64,000 nt of DNA from an uncultured Alphaproteobacteria bacterium. Lineage in GTDB: Bacteria; Pseudomonadota; Alphaproteobacteria; Paracaedibacterales; CAITNM01. Below the pieces are notes generated by a model. That model searched no databases. It was not told the DNA's origin and saw only the letters and a program-made list of their open reading frames with translations. Below, one piece after another: positions 40,748 through 50,130 of this stretch. The DNA is taken from positions 4,540 through 68,539 of the forward strand of contig CAIQTY010000028.1 of NCBI GenBank assembly GCA_903874955.1. Direction: 5' to 3'. The translations under genes and the position numbers were made by a program. Numbering within the stretch: position 1 is the first letter of the stretch; each line of letters begins with the position of its first letter.

Positions 40748-41677
40748 ATGCAAAATGTTGCCCGCCTAAACCCCCAACAAATACAAGAACTTGATGAGCA
40801 AGTTCAAGAAATCTTTCAAACAAAGCGTGCAACAGTCCCTGCTCTGGAAGAAATTTTATATACGCCCCTGCCTGTGCTTGATCATGGGTTCGTGCGCGTA
40901 GTTGATTACATGGGCGATGATTCGGCAATCGTCCAAGCAGCAAGAGTTTCTTATGGTAAGGGAACAAAAAAAGTTAGTGAAGATCGTGGTTTAATTAACT
41001 ATTTAATGCGCCACTGGCATACAACCCCCTTTGAAATGTGCGAAATCAAATTTCATATTAAAGTTCCTATTTTTATTGCCCGCCAATGGATCCGTCATCG
41101 CACGGCAAATGTGAATGAATATTCAGCACGCTATTCAATTCTTGATCGGGAATTTTACATGCCAGCACCCGAGCACCTGGCAGCCCAATCGACAATTAAT
41201 AATCAGGGACGTGGAGAAGTATTAGAAGGGGAATATGCTCAAAAAGTTCTCGACCTTTTAAAGCGCGATTCCATGCAAGCTTACGATACATACGAATACC
41301 TGCTGAATGAAAAAGGCGATGAAGACCGCCCAGGCCTTGCCCGTGAGTTGGCACGCATGAACTTGCCTGTGAATTATTATACTCAGTGGTATTGGAAAAT
41401 TGACTTGCACAATTTAATGCATTTCTTGCGACTTCGCGCTGATGCTCACGCCCAATATGAAATTCAAGCCTACGCTGATGTAATGATCGACGTGCTTAAA
41501 CGCTGGGTACCAGCTGCATATGATGCCTTCGTTGATTACCGCCTCGGGGCTGCGACATTTTCTTCAAAAATGTTAACTGTGTTGCGTCGCCGTCTAAATG
41601 GTGAAGTTGTCACCAAAGAAAATAGTGGGCTTACCGCGCGCGAATGGGGCGAAATGGAAAAAATCCTGGCGGGTTAA
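40748..41677 (+). CDS. thyX: FAD-dependent thymidylate synthase
   Basis: 309 aa. ThyX signature [14 protein letters not shown] (RHR-X7-S) and the flanking conserved blocks TPFEM and QWIRHR. Confidence 0.95.
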   Translation: MQNVARLNPQQIQELDEQVQEIFQTKRATVPALEEILYTPLPVLDHGFVRVVDYMGDDSAIVQAARVSYGKGTKKVSEDRGLINYLMRHWHTTPFEMCEIKFHIKVPIFIARQWIRHRTANVNEYSARYSILDREFYMPAPEHLAAQSTINNQGRGEVLEGEYAQKVLDLLKRDSMQAYDTYEYLLNEKGDEDRPGLARELARMNLPVNYYTQWYWKIDLHNLMHFLRLRADAHAQYEIQAYADVMIDVLKRWVPAAYDAFVDYRLGAATFSSKMLTVLRRRLNGEVVTKENSGLTAREWGEMEKILAG

Positions 41678-42103
41678 ACCACGAAGTGAGACCCTCACCC
41701 CTGTTGCGCAGGCTCAGGTGATGGAGACTCTGGACAAATACCACCTCCGTCATTCTGAGACCCCTAGGGCCTTGAGAATCTAAACAATAGTGTCCAACAA
41801 ATCAATCGAGTCCGTATTTACGAGAGCTATAAGAATTAATTTCTTTATAAGAATCTCTTCCATTTATTAAATAATTCACTATATAAAAAATTAAATCTTA
41901 AATAAAAAATAATATTTTAAAAACACAATTTATATTTAACTAATAGTTAACGATATTTGCGTAAAGTTAGAGGTGGGCATTTCTCCGATAGCACATCCCT
42001 GTCGAGTACTGCTTTTGCCGCAAGACCACTCGACGGCCGATATGAAGTGGCTTGGAAGCCTTGCTGAGCATGATGAAAACTTTATTTTACGGAGATTATC
42101 ATT

Positions 42104-43111
42104 ATGATTAAACAGTTCACCTATCTAGTAGCAGTTATTTGCATGACCGCTTCAACTTTTGCTGCGGGAGGGCCTACTACAACATATATACCAGGACCAG
42201 ACGAGGCCGATTCAACTATTCCTTTCAGATTTGATAGGATCTCTACTGGTCCAGCTGGAAGTTTCGCTGGGTACACAGCACCTTTTGCTTCTCCAAACGC
42301 ACCAACAGCAGGAACTCTCGTTATCAGCATTGATTCCGTTGGCGGCTCCAATTTTGCAGCAAACACTGCAGCAACAGGTACTCCTGCTGCCACAACTCTT
42401 CCTACCTGCGTTACAACCTTATGGATAACGGGTGATGCAACGAATATGGCGACAGTGTGCGGCACAACCGCTGGTGGTGCATGGCAGTTACCAACCCCTT
42501 CAAATACAACAGGTGGCATCGTTCGTTTTGCTCTTAAAAATAGTCCAAACGCAACTTGTCAATGGTTCCAAGGTTCTTTACCAACCACTTGGACCGTATC
42601 AGTTGAGCCAGGTTCAGCAGACCCTAAGCTGGGCACAGGTATTTTAGATGTAGCCTTAGGCGCTGCTCCAACCGCTGGTGTTTCACTAACAACTGCTCCC
42701 ACAACACTTGGTATTAGTGTGGGAAATACAGTTGGTATAACAATACCTCAATCATCAACATTACTCGCAAGTAATGCGAACAACAGTGTAATGGCTGTAA
42801 TCGGCAGAAAATCAACACTTACTACTTACCCACCGGTAATTCTAAGTGGAAACAGCACTTTCGCAAAAGCATTATACAACGTTTGCTTAAAGAACTCATC
42901 TTACACCGCAACAATTGCAGCAAGCAGTGTAATTGCGGGTGCTGGTTCCGACAATAGTGCTATTGGAACTGGCGCTATCAGTGTTGGTGGTTCTAGTGCT
43001 GGTGCACTTGGCCTTACTAGCGCACTTGCAATCAGGGCATTAGGTGCTGGTAGTACCCCTGCAATCACCCTTGTAAACTCAGGTAACAGCGCAACCATCT
43101 CAGGTTCATAA
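42104..43111 (+). CDS. secreted Thr/Ala/Gly/Ser-rich low-complexity protein (putative surface protein)
   Basis: 335 aa. Signal peptide MIKQFTYLVAVICMTASTFA|AGG, with SD ggag 9 nt upstream. It is visibly G+C-richer than its neighbours, and several other frames are open across it, which is a composition effect. Confidence 0.6.
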   Translation: MIKQFTYLVAVICMTASTFAAGGPTTTYIPGPDEADSTIPFRFDRISTGPAGSFAGYTAPFASPNAPTAGTLVISIDSVGGSNFAANTAATGTPAATTLPTCVTTLWITGDATNMATVCGTTAGGAWQLPTPSNTTGGIVRFALKNSPNATCQWFQGSLPTTWTVSVEPGSADPKLGTGILDVALGAAPTAGVSLTTAPTTLGISVGNTVGITIPQSSTLLASNANNSVMAVIGRKSTLTTYPPVILSGNSTFAKALYNVCLKNSSYTATIAASSVIAGAGSDNSAIGTGAISVGGSSAGALGLTSALAIRALGAGSTPAITLVNSGNSATISGS

Positions 43112-43130
43112 ATTTTACAATCTTTTAATT

Positions 43131-43155
43131 CCACCCGATCTAAAAAATCGGGCGG
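43131..43155. terminator. hairpin between convergent genes (candidate terminator)
   Basis: ccacccgat / atcgggcgg is a 9-bp stem with one mismatch and a 7-nt A-rich loop. It lies 20 nt after the 43111 stop. A second imperfect hairpin is at about 43174-43195. Neither has a clear T-tail. Confidence 0.3.
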
Positions 43156-43287
43156 ATTAACTCAAGAGTTTGGCCTTGGGAAAACACCCAGGGCTGAATT
43201 TCTCCTTAAACCACCATCGTTTATTATAAAAACTTCTGGAGGCTTTCGGTGCGAGTTACGTTCCAGAGCCTGCTCAGGCGTGGGCAT

Positions 43288-44499
43288 CTAAATTTTTTTC
43301 GCAGTGTCTGATGAAATTAGTCCTAATTTAATAAAAATTTTCTCAACAACCAATGCAAAAGCACCATTTCCCATAACATTATGGAATGTGCCGAAAGGGT
43401 CCTGCAAAACATAAAGAGTTGTAATGAGACTAACCATTTCCGATGAAAAACCAAGATGCTCTTTAAGTACGGGGAGCACCACCAAAAGACTAGCACCAGC
43501 AATACCAACGCAAGCTATTTTAGCAAGACAAAATCCCGCAATGTATGGCAAAAATTCCACCAACGTTGGAAATGACGAACCACTTACTGCAAGCAATGTT
43601 AAAGCAGTCAATGTAATCGTAATATCATCACCAAGCATATGCATGTTAGAACCTGTGGGGATAACCATTCGTGCCAAGGTTGGATACCTCACATTTTTTT
43701 CCGTACAGTCCAGTGTAACTGGCATGGTGACAGCTCCTGACATAGTCGAAAAACCTGTAAAACCTGCGGGAAGCATATTAAAAATAAGGGTTTTAAGCGG
43801 CCTATAGCCAATACTCACAAGTTTATACAAGGTTAGCACATAACAAAAACTCGCTGTTACGTTAAGGGCAAAAATTGGCAAATATTTAGTGTATAAAAAT
43901 GTTAAGGTCCCCTCAGCATTCATTTTAAGCATAAAGCCCAGCACATAGAGGGGCAATATCGGCAAAAACGCTTTTTTTAAGAATACGCTAATTAACGATT
44001 GAAGTTTTTGAACAACAGTAACCAGCTGCTCAGCAATGCTAAACTGGCGACGCGTCTTAACACAAGAGTACGCTAAAATAAACGCAACAAGGGCAACAAC
44101 ATCTGAACGCAAGCTATGCTTTAAGGGCAAACGAAAATAAGGCAAAATTGGGGATGTCACATCGCTCATTGAGACATGAACTGCTAAATGCGGGATGACT
44201 AAAGATCCTATGCCGTAGGCTACACAAAGGGCCAATGCGTTTGATGCACATATAATCGCCAACAATGAAAATACAAGAATTGGTCCTTTTTCATCAACCG
44301 CAATAAGCGCATTAAACATATATGAAAAAATCATAAGCGGGAGAATAAAAAGAATCGAATCAATAAAACACAAACTGAGTGTATAAGCACCTCGCACCCA
44401 GCCCAGTGGCAGTGTTTCACCAAAGAATGATGCAAAAACTAGGCACAATAATAACTGAAAAGGCGTTGAACGGAGCGTTTTGCCAAAACGTGATGTCAT
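43288..44499 (-). CDS. dicarboxylate/amino acid:cation symporter (DAACS family)
   Basis: 403 aa and polytopic. The conserved blocks FSTMSGAVTMPVTLDCTEKN and VIPTGSNMHMLGDDITI correspond to the SSxxTLP and NMDG regions of GltP/DctA-type carriers. Confidence 0.8.
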   Translation of the reverse strand: MTSRFGKTLRSTPFQLLLCLVFASFFGETLPLGWVRGAYTLSLCFIDSILFILPLMIFSYMFNALIAVDEKGPILVFSLLAIICASNALALCVAYGIGSLVIPHLAVHVSMSDVTSPILPYFRLPLKHSLRSDVVALVAFILAYSCVKTRRQFSIAEQLVTVVQKLQSLISVFLKKAFLPILPLYVLGFMLKMNAEGTLTFLYTKYLPIFALNVTASFCYVLTLYKLVSIGYRPLKTLIFNMLPAGFTGFSTMSGAVTMPVTLDCTEKNVRYPTLARMVIPTGSNMHMLGDDITITLTALTLLAVSGSSFPTLVEFLPYIAGFCLAKIACVGIAGASLLVVLPVLKEHLGFSSEMVSLITTLYVLQDPFGTFHNVMGNGAFALVVEKIFIKLGLISSDTAKKI

Positions 44500-44578
44500 A
44501 GTATCTACTTAATTTTTAGAATCTGCTATTTTACCACGGATCTTTAGTAAGGGCGACCGGAAAGAATTTCATCATAAA

Positions 44579-45118
44579 TTAGCCTTCCTCTTTATCAAAT
44601 GATGGATTCGGCATAAATTGCATGACATGTAGTCTTGATTTTTCAGCCATTTGAGTTTTGTAATACCCATTAATCTTTTTCAAAAGACGTTTTTCTAAAA
44701 CTTCAGGAATAGGAATATCAGGTCCTATCCATAAGCGTGACATACTAACGTATATGTCACAGTACATTTCGTCTCTTATGAGGGTCATATCGGCCTGAAG
44801 TTTTCGGTAGCATTCAACACTTTTTGCTTTTATTTCTAACATCAATAAAAGATAACCAAAAATTTGTCCTTTTTTAATAATTGGCACGATGATGCTGGGG
44901 ATCATCAAGTACGGCAAACGAGATACATAACGCCTTTGTAATTTTTGTATGTAGCCACCTTCTTCTGTCTTTTCAGATTTTTCATCGTTTTCAGATTCAG
45001 CACCGCTTTTTTCATGGTCTTTAGATTCTTCCTTAGCCCCTTCTTCTTCAGCGTTGAGAAAACTCAGGCTACATAATAAAAATAGGCCAATCAGGATCAA
45101 ACGGTATACTACAGCCAT
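44579..45118 (-). CDS. FliL-like single-pass membrane protein (tentative)
   Basis: 179 aa. It has an N-terminal TM, an acidic/Lys-rich linker, then a domain of about 100 aa (YLMIPSIIVPIIKKGQIFGYLLLMLEIKAK...LIRDEMY...) whose architecture resembles FliL. The call rests on architecture only. Confidence 0.3.
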   Translation of the reverse strand: MAVVYRLILIGLFLLCSLSFLNAEEEGAKEESKDHEKSGAESENDEKSEKTEEGGYIQKLQRRYVSRLPYLMIPSIIVPIIKKGQIFGYLLLMLEIKAKSVECYRKLQADMTLIRDEMYCDIYVSMSRLWIGPDIPIPEVLEKRLLKKINGYYKTQMAEKSRLHVMQFMPNPSFDKEEG

Positions 45119-45185
45119 AGAAAAATTGGTTTTTTACGGTCCAATGTGGTACTTTCAAGTGTATACAGCAAAGTGTTAATAAATT

Positions 45186-46223
45186 ATGTCTATAGTGGAT
45201 CTGAGCCAAAGATCTTTAGAAATTTTTAGGGAGCTTGTTGATACCTACGTTGAAACCGGTGAACCAGTGGGCTCAAGAACCCTATCGCGCCGAATAAAAA
45301 CGCCATTATCACCAGCGACTATTCGCAATGTTATGGCAGATTTAGAAGAAGCTGGATTGTTATATGCCCCTCACACATCTTCAGGGCGCCTTCCAACAGC
45401 AGACGGGCTTAAACTCTTTGTTCACGGGCTTTTAGAAATTGGTAATATTAATGAATCGGATCGTTTAGAAATTGAAAAACACTGCAAAGCTGGTGGTAAA
45501 AGTGTTGAAGACATTCTAAAACAAGCAACGGGCATGTTATCGGGACTTTCTAAGTGCGCTGGTCTCGTGATGGCACCAAAATCGCAAGCAGCAATTCGGC
45601 ATATAGAATTTGTTCATTTAGGAAATCATCGCGCCCTTGCAGTACTCATCAGTCAAGATGGCATGGTTGAAAACCGCCTCATTGAACTGCCTGAAGGCAT
45701 AACAGTTTCTATGCTCAATCAGGCTTCAAATTATATTAATAGCCATTTCGATGGAGCAACATTACAAGAAGTCCTGCAACGAATTCACACACAATTAGAC
45801 CAAAATAAAAATGAACTTGATCAACTCACCCAAAAGGTGGTCAAGGCAGGACTCGCAGTATGGACTGGTGATAAAGATAACGGATCCCTTATCATTAAAG
45901 GTCAAAATAATCTTTTACAAAACGTCCAAGAAATTGAAGATCTAGAAAAAATCCGTGGATTATTTGATATTATGGATACCCAAGAAAGCTTACATAAATT
46001 ACTGAATGCCTCAATTCAGGCGGATGGTGTGCAAATTTTTATAGGAGCAGAGAACAATTTATTTTCTCTATCGGGTTGCTCCATGGTAGTATCTCCGTAT
46101 ACAAATGCGCAGTGCCAAGTGGTAGGCGCAATTGGTGTGGTTGGACCTGCTCGGATGAACTATGGAAAAATTATTCCGTTGGTTGATTACACCGCCAAAT
46201 TAGTTAGTCGACTATTAAGTTAA
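45186..46223 (+). CDS. hrcA: heat-inducible transcription repressor HrcA
   Basis: 345 aa. N-terminal winged-helix region LVDTYVETGEPVGSRTLS...SPATIRNVMADLEEAGLL and a conserved C-terminal ..GAIGVVGPARMNY. Confidence 0.95.
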   Translation: MSIVDLSQRSLEIFRELVDTYVETGEPVGSRTLSRRIKTPLSPATIRNVMADLEEAGLLYAPHTSSGRLPTADGLKLFVHGLLEIGNINESDRLEIEKHCKAGGKSVEDILKQATGMLSGLSKCAGLVMAPKSQAAIRHIEFVHLGNHRALAVLISQDGMVENRLIELPEGITVSMLNQASNYINSHFDGATLQEVLQRIHTQLDQNKNELDQLTQKVVKAGLAVWTGDKDNGSLIIKGQNNLLQNVQEIEDLEKIRGLFDIMDTQESLHKLLNASIQADGVQIFIGAENNLFSLSGCSMVVSPYTNAQCQVVGAIGVVGPARMNYGKIIPLVDYTAKLVSRLLS

Positions 46224-46224
46224 G

Positions 46225-46809
46225 GTGAATGTTATGCAAACACAGGATGTGAAAACGCCCGAACAAGAAGAAACTTTTGAACCAACACCAGAATCTGGCA
46301 CCACTGATTCAACTGAAGAAATTAACACTGCGAAAATAATTGCAGAGAATGAACACCTGATTCAAGAGCTGAAAGACCAGTTACTTCGCTCGCTTGCTGA
46401 AAATGAAAATACTCGAAAACGAGCGCAACGCGAAAAAGAGGATGCCCAAAAATTTGGAGTTTCTAATTTAGCGCGCGATATTGTTGGTGTAGCCGATAAT
46501 TTACACAGAGCACTTGAGAATAAATCTGAAAATGCTGCTGAGCTAGCAGAGGCATTATTTTCTGGTGTAGACCTTATTCTTAAAGATCTTGAGGGTATAC
46601 TTGGTCGTCATGGAATTGAGCGTATTAGCCCATTAGGCTTGGCTTTTGACCCGCATTATCACCAAGCTGTATTTGAATTAGAAACTAATGAACACGTCCC
46701 TGGAACGGTAGTACAAGTCGTTCAAGATGGATATAAAATTCATGATCGTCTTTTAAGACCGGCCATGGTTGCAGTTGCAAAAGCAGCTACCCAACAAGGG
46801 GTTGCGTAA
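46225..46809 (+). CDS. grpE: nucleotide exchange factor GrpE
   Basis: 194 aa from the GTG at 46225. The ATG at 46234 is equally likely, with taagg 8 nt upstream. It has a coiled-coil N-terminus (LRSLAENENTRKRAQREKEDA) and a C-terminal beta domain (GYKIHDRLLRPAMV). Confidence 0.93.
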   Translation: MNVMQTQDVKTPEQEETFEPTPESGTTDSTEEINTAKIIAENEHLIQELKDQLLRSLAENENTRKRAQREKEDAQKFGVSNLARDIVGVADNLHRALENKSENAAELAEALFSGVDLILKDLEGILGRHGIERISPLGLAFDPHYHQAVFELETNEHVPGTVVQVVQDGYKIHDRLLRPAMVAVAKAATQQGVA

Positions 46810-46857
46810 GAGCATCTCTTTATTTAATCCAAGCCGAATCAGAAATCACAAAAAAAC

Positions 46858-46894
46858 TTTTAGAGATTAAGGTCGTGGACTTTAATCTCTAAAA
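46858..46894. terminator. strong hairpin downstream of grpE
   Basis: 13-bp perfect stem (46858-46870 and 46882-46894) with an 11-nt loop. An A6 tract lies 5' on the plus strand, so the canonical stem plus T-run reads on the minus strand. Only a weak U-tail is available for grpE itself. Confidence 0.35.
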
Positions 46895-46979
46895 ATACGT
46901 TTATCAGAAAATATTATCTAAATATTAATAAATTTTTATTTTAATTGTATTAATGGTGACCCTTTAGGTTTTTCTGAAA

Positions 46980-47624
46980 ATGAAGATGAAAAAATTCCCT
47001 TTTTTCAAAAATATGATCATATTCATTACAATGGTGCTTGTATTTCCATCAGAAGTCTATTCAAAGAACGCCCTTAAAAAAGACTTTAAAAAAGTTGGTA
47101 AAGGATTCAACAAAATGGGAAAAGGCTTAGGGAAACTAGGTAAAAGTTTTAATCCCAAAATGTTAAAAAAAGCTTTCACATGCGCTATAAACCTAGAAAA
47201 ATCCTTGGTTGCACTAATAAAAAACCCCAGAGATCCAGTCGCTTTGCAAAAAGTTAAGTCTAATCCATGCATAAAAACGCTAAAAACGATGAATAAAACC
47301 TGTAGCAGCCCGGCAATGATGGCTGCCGCAGAAATCCCAAACGTTGGGCAAATAGTTGGTTTTGGATGCGGGAAAGTCGGCCTTGCAGATTTGAAAGCAG
47401 AAATGGTCATCGAAAAAGCTGAAACCTTGCAAGGTATTGCCTCGAACCCTTCTCAAATGATGGATGATGAAGATATGCCAGCTCGTCCCATGATGCCAAG
47501 GAAACCAAATAATCCCAAATCTGTTGGGTTCAAAAGGGCCCGACCTGCTAATTTTTCCCAAGGAGGTAACGCAGGTCAAGTTTCCGAAGATGATGCAGAT
47601 GTTGATGAAAGTGGTGAGCAATAA
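46980..47624 (+). CDS. secreted Lys-rich hypothetical protein
   Basis: 214 aa. Signal peptide (...VLVFPSEVYS|K), a KxGKG-type basic repeat (KKVGKGFNKMGKGLGKLGKSF), four Cys residues and an acidic C-terminus. I recognise no family. Confidence 0.5.
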   Translation: MKMKKFPFFKNMIIFITMVLVFPSEVYSKNALKKDFKKVGKGFNKMGKGLGKLGKSFNPKMLKKAFTCAINLEKSLVALIKNPRDPVALQKVKSNPCIKTLKTMNKTCSSPAMMAAAEIPNVGQIVGFGCGKVGLADLKAEMVIEKAETLQGIASNPSQMMDDEDMPARPMMPRKPNNPKSVGFKRARPANFSQGGNAGQVSEDDADVDESGEQ

Positions 47625-47725
47625 ATCTTCTATAGTGTATGAAGAAGTAAAAATTGCTTTTCTTTCTTGGAATTTAAAGCCATTTCTGAAATGATTAAAC
47701 TACTTATTTTTAAAAATAAAAAATC

Positions 47726-49060
47726 ATGCAAGAAGGTAGTTTACAAGCTCCAACGCGCCATATCATTGATTGGCAAAGTGATAGCTTTTACGATGAAGCG
47801 GAACTTGATAAGGAACTACGCAGAGTCTTTGACATTTGTCATGGCTGCCGCAGGTGTTTTAACTTATGTGATAGTTTTCCAACCTTGTTTGACCTGATTG
47901 ATGAGAGCCCTTCAGGTGAATGTCATGACCTTAAAAGTGAAGATTTTCCAAAGGTAGTGGATGCATGTACACTTTGTGACCTATGCTTCATTAATAAATG
48001 CCCCTATGTCCCCCCCCATGAGTTTGATGTTGATTTTCCGCACCTGATGCTGCGCCACCGTGCCGTTAAAGCAAAAACCGATGGCATTGAGTTCATTCAA
48101 AAACAGCTTAGTAAAGCCGATCAACTTGGTGAAATCTCAACCAAAATTGCCCCTGTTGTGAACTGGGCTTCTGATGTTTCGAACAAACCTGTTCGCAAAG
48201 CTATTGAGGTCTTAACAGGGATTGATGCAAATGCAGCTCTGCCAAGCTATACAAACAAGACATTGTGCCAGCAAGTTGCTCAAGCACCCCACCCGATTAA
48301 TACAAAAGGCCCAGCTTTTGGGCGAAAGGCTGTTTTGTTTGCGACTTGTTTTGGAAACTACAACAATCCCTCCATCGGGCTTGCAGCGATGAAAGTACTT
48401 GCACACCAGGGAATTGAGGTAAAGCTAGCTTATCCTGGCTGCTGTGGCATGCCCATGCTTGAAAAGGGCGATTTAAAATCAGTAGCTGAGCAGGCAAAAA
48501 AAATCAGCAGGGCCTTAGCAGCATATGTTGAGCAAGGTATTCCGATCATTTCGATTATTCCCTCATGCAGCTTAATGCTTAAAAGCGAGTGGCCACTGCT
48601 ACTGCCTGAAAATCAGGCAGTTATTAATTTAAGCAAAACGGTGATGGATATCAGTGAATATATGATTTTCCTGAACAAGCAGTACACCTTGGAAAATGGA
48701 TTAAAACCTTTAGATAACAAGGCCGTTACCCTGCATCTAGCCTGTCACAGCCGGGCGCAAAACATAGGCACTAAAGCAGCTGAGATGCTGCGTTTAATTC
48801 CAGACTTAACCGTTCAAATCATTGAACGTTGTTCTGGCCACGGCGGCACTTGGGGCATGATGAAAGCCAATTTTCAAACCGCTTTAAAAGTTGGAAAACC
48901 AGCGGCAAAGCAAGCTTTAACTTTTGATAATCCATTAGTTTTATCTGAATGTCCACTGGCTGCAAAGCATATTTTGCAAGGTATGCAAGCCCAATCTGGC
49001 TCAGGAGAGTATTCGACAATGCACCCCATAGAACTGGTAGCCAATAGTTATGGGATTTAG
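47726..49060 (+). CDS. (Fe-S)-binding CCG-domain oxidoreductase subunit (GlpC/HdrD-like)
   Basis: 444 aa. Two ferredoxin-type cluster motifs (CHGCRRCFNLCDSFP and CTLCDLCFINKCPYVPP) and two Cys-rich CCG-type repeats (ATCF...PGCCGMP and LACH...CSGHGG). Confidence 0.8.
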   Translation: MQEGSLQAPTRHIIDWQSDSFYDEAELDKELRRVFDICHGCRRCFNLCDSFPTLFDLIDESPSGECHDLKSEDFPKVVDACTLCDLCFINKCPYVPPHEFDVDFPHLMLRHRAVKAKTDGIEFIQKQLSKADQLGEISTKIAPVVNWASDVSNKPVRKAIEVLTGIDANAALPSYTNKTLCQQVAQAPHPINTKGPAFGRKAVLFATCFGNYNNPSIGLAAMKVLAHQGIEVKLAYPGCCGMPMLEKGDLKSVAEQAKKISRALAAYVEQGIPIISIIPSCSLMLKSEWPLLLPENQAVINLSKTVMDISEYMIFLNKQYTLENGLKPLDNKAVTLHLACHSRAQNIGTKAAEMLRLIPDLTVQIIERCSGHGGTWGMMKANFQTALKVGKPAAKQALTFDNPLVLSECPLAAKHILQGMQAQSGSGEYSTMHPIELVANSYGI

Positions 49061-49125
49061 ATGAAATCACTCTTCACGGCTCCCCCACACATCCTTAAAA
49101 GGTAATTGCGGGGGGCGTTATGAAT

Positions 49126-50130
49126 TTATTGCGACCTTTGTTGATACGCCCCTACGAACTTTCGTTTTAAGGCTTCAGTTGTTATGACAATGAAAGTATG
49201 GCTGCATTGGTCTGCATGCACGTTTTTATCTTTATTAGGGAATTTAGCCAAAATTCGTTTTGCGTGTTCATCCCCCTTTAAAGCAGCTTTTTCTGCTCTA
49301 GGTAGAAAATGACCAGGGCTCATTTCACTTTCGTCAAAAGCATTCAAAAGCAAATCGGTCATATAGATATTTAAATCTGGGTTTACCGTCATATAGGTAT
49401 ATCCTCTCTTTTGCGAAACAGCCCCAGCAAAGGCGTGCAGTAATAAGCCAACACCTTGATAATCTTTTCGAAGCATGCTCATCGGATTACGTGAAATGCC
49501 ACGATGCTCATAATATTTATCGGTTTTATTAATGCACAGTCTATCACCAAAAGCGGATACTGACATGACGATATGATCGTATGCTTTTATATATTGATCT
49601 AGCCGTTGATCGGGAATTTCGTCTTTCGGGAATGGATACAAACCTAAGATAGTTTTTTTTGAAATATAAACGATGTAATCACCGATACCTGTGTGCATAA
49701 AAGATACATTGCCACATTGGCCTAACGCATTCTCCATCGCTTGTTTTTTACTATCTGGTATATTTTTCACTAATGTTGAAAATTCATCTGCAAGACTAAC
49801 ATCTGTAAAGAAAGTTTTAGTAATCTGTTGAAAGAGTTCTGCAGAGTGACATGCTAGAGGAAAGCATCCTCTAGTTGGTCGGGTATGATGTGTTGTACTG
49901 TTGCAGTAATCCCTCCAACCTTTGCTCCTTTCTGTATTATAAATAGGCTCGAACCCAAAATATGCTATTTCTCCTGATCTCAGCTTTAGGAATGACGTAT
50001 AAATTTTTTGACCATCAACTGAGATTTCCGCTATTGGTGATGAAGATGACGAAGAAGAAGATGGTGATAAAGACTCGGCCATCAAAACAATTACAACAGC
50101 TAGCGCTTTAATTTTACTAAAAATACTCAT
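49126..50130 (-). CDS. secreted hypothetical protein with a poly-Ser tract
   Basis: 334 aa. It has an N-terminal hydrophobic signal followed by SPSSSSSSSSSP. The rest is globular-looking with several Cys and His residues. I recognise no family. Confidence 0.5.
   Translation of the reverse strand: MSIFSKIKALAVVIVLMAESLSPSSSSSSSSPIAEISVDGQKIYTSFLKLRSGEIAYFGFEPIYNTERSKGWRDYCNSTTHHTRPTRGCFPLACHSAELFQQITKTFFTDVSLADEFSTLVKNIPDSKKQAMENALGQCGNVSFMHTGIGDYIVYISKKTILGLYPFPKDEIPDQRLDQYIKAYDHIVMSVSAFGDRLCINKTDKYYEHRGISRNPMSMLRKDYQGVGLLLHAFAGAVSQKRGYTYMTVNPDLNIYMTDLLLNAFDESEMSPGHFLPRAEKAALKGDEHAKRILAKFPNKDKNVHADQCSHTFIVITTEALKRKFVGAYQQRSQ

Noticed and set aside
41690-41790. Imperfect palindromes after thyX (gtgagaccctcac and attctgagacccctagggccttgagaat), considered as a possible MITE/REP element or terminator.
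   Set aside because: I could not find a second copy in the window. There is no T-tail, and the stems are short or imperfect. It is at most a weak thyX terminator.
41965-42103. I considered fluoride (crcB), c-di-GMP (GEMM) or SRP/6S-like RNA identities for the leader upstream of 42104.
   Set aside because: There are only scattered short resemblances (for example GGCCGAT, CTGAGCATGATG). The conserved cores of those RNAs are absent, and the downstream gene does not fit them.
43165-43287. A 40-codon ORF (MPTPEQALERNSHRKPPEVFIINDGGLRRNSALGVFPRPNS) starts in-frame immediately after the TAG stop of the DAACS transporter. It is G+C-richer than its surroundings.
   Set aside because: It has no recognisable family, and there is no evidence for stop-codon readthrough. 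It could be a decayed gene fragment, but the support is too thin to call.
45119-45185. I looked for a CIRCE operator (TTAGCACTC-N9-GAGTGCTAA) or a sigma-32 promoter upstream of hrcA-grpE. CTTGAAA does occur on the minus strand.
   Set aside because: No CIRCE-like inverted repeat is present. The CTTGAAA has no matching -10 (CCCCAT-like) element at the right spacing and points away from hrcA.
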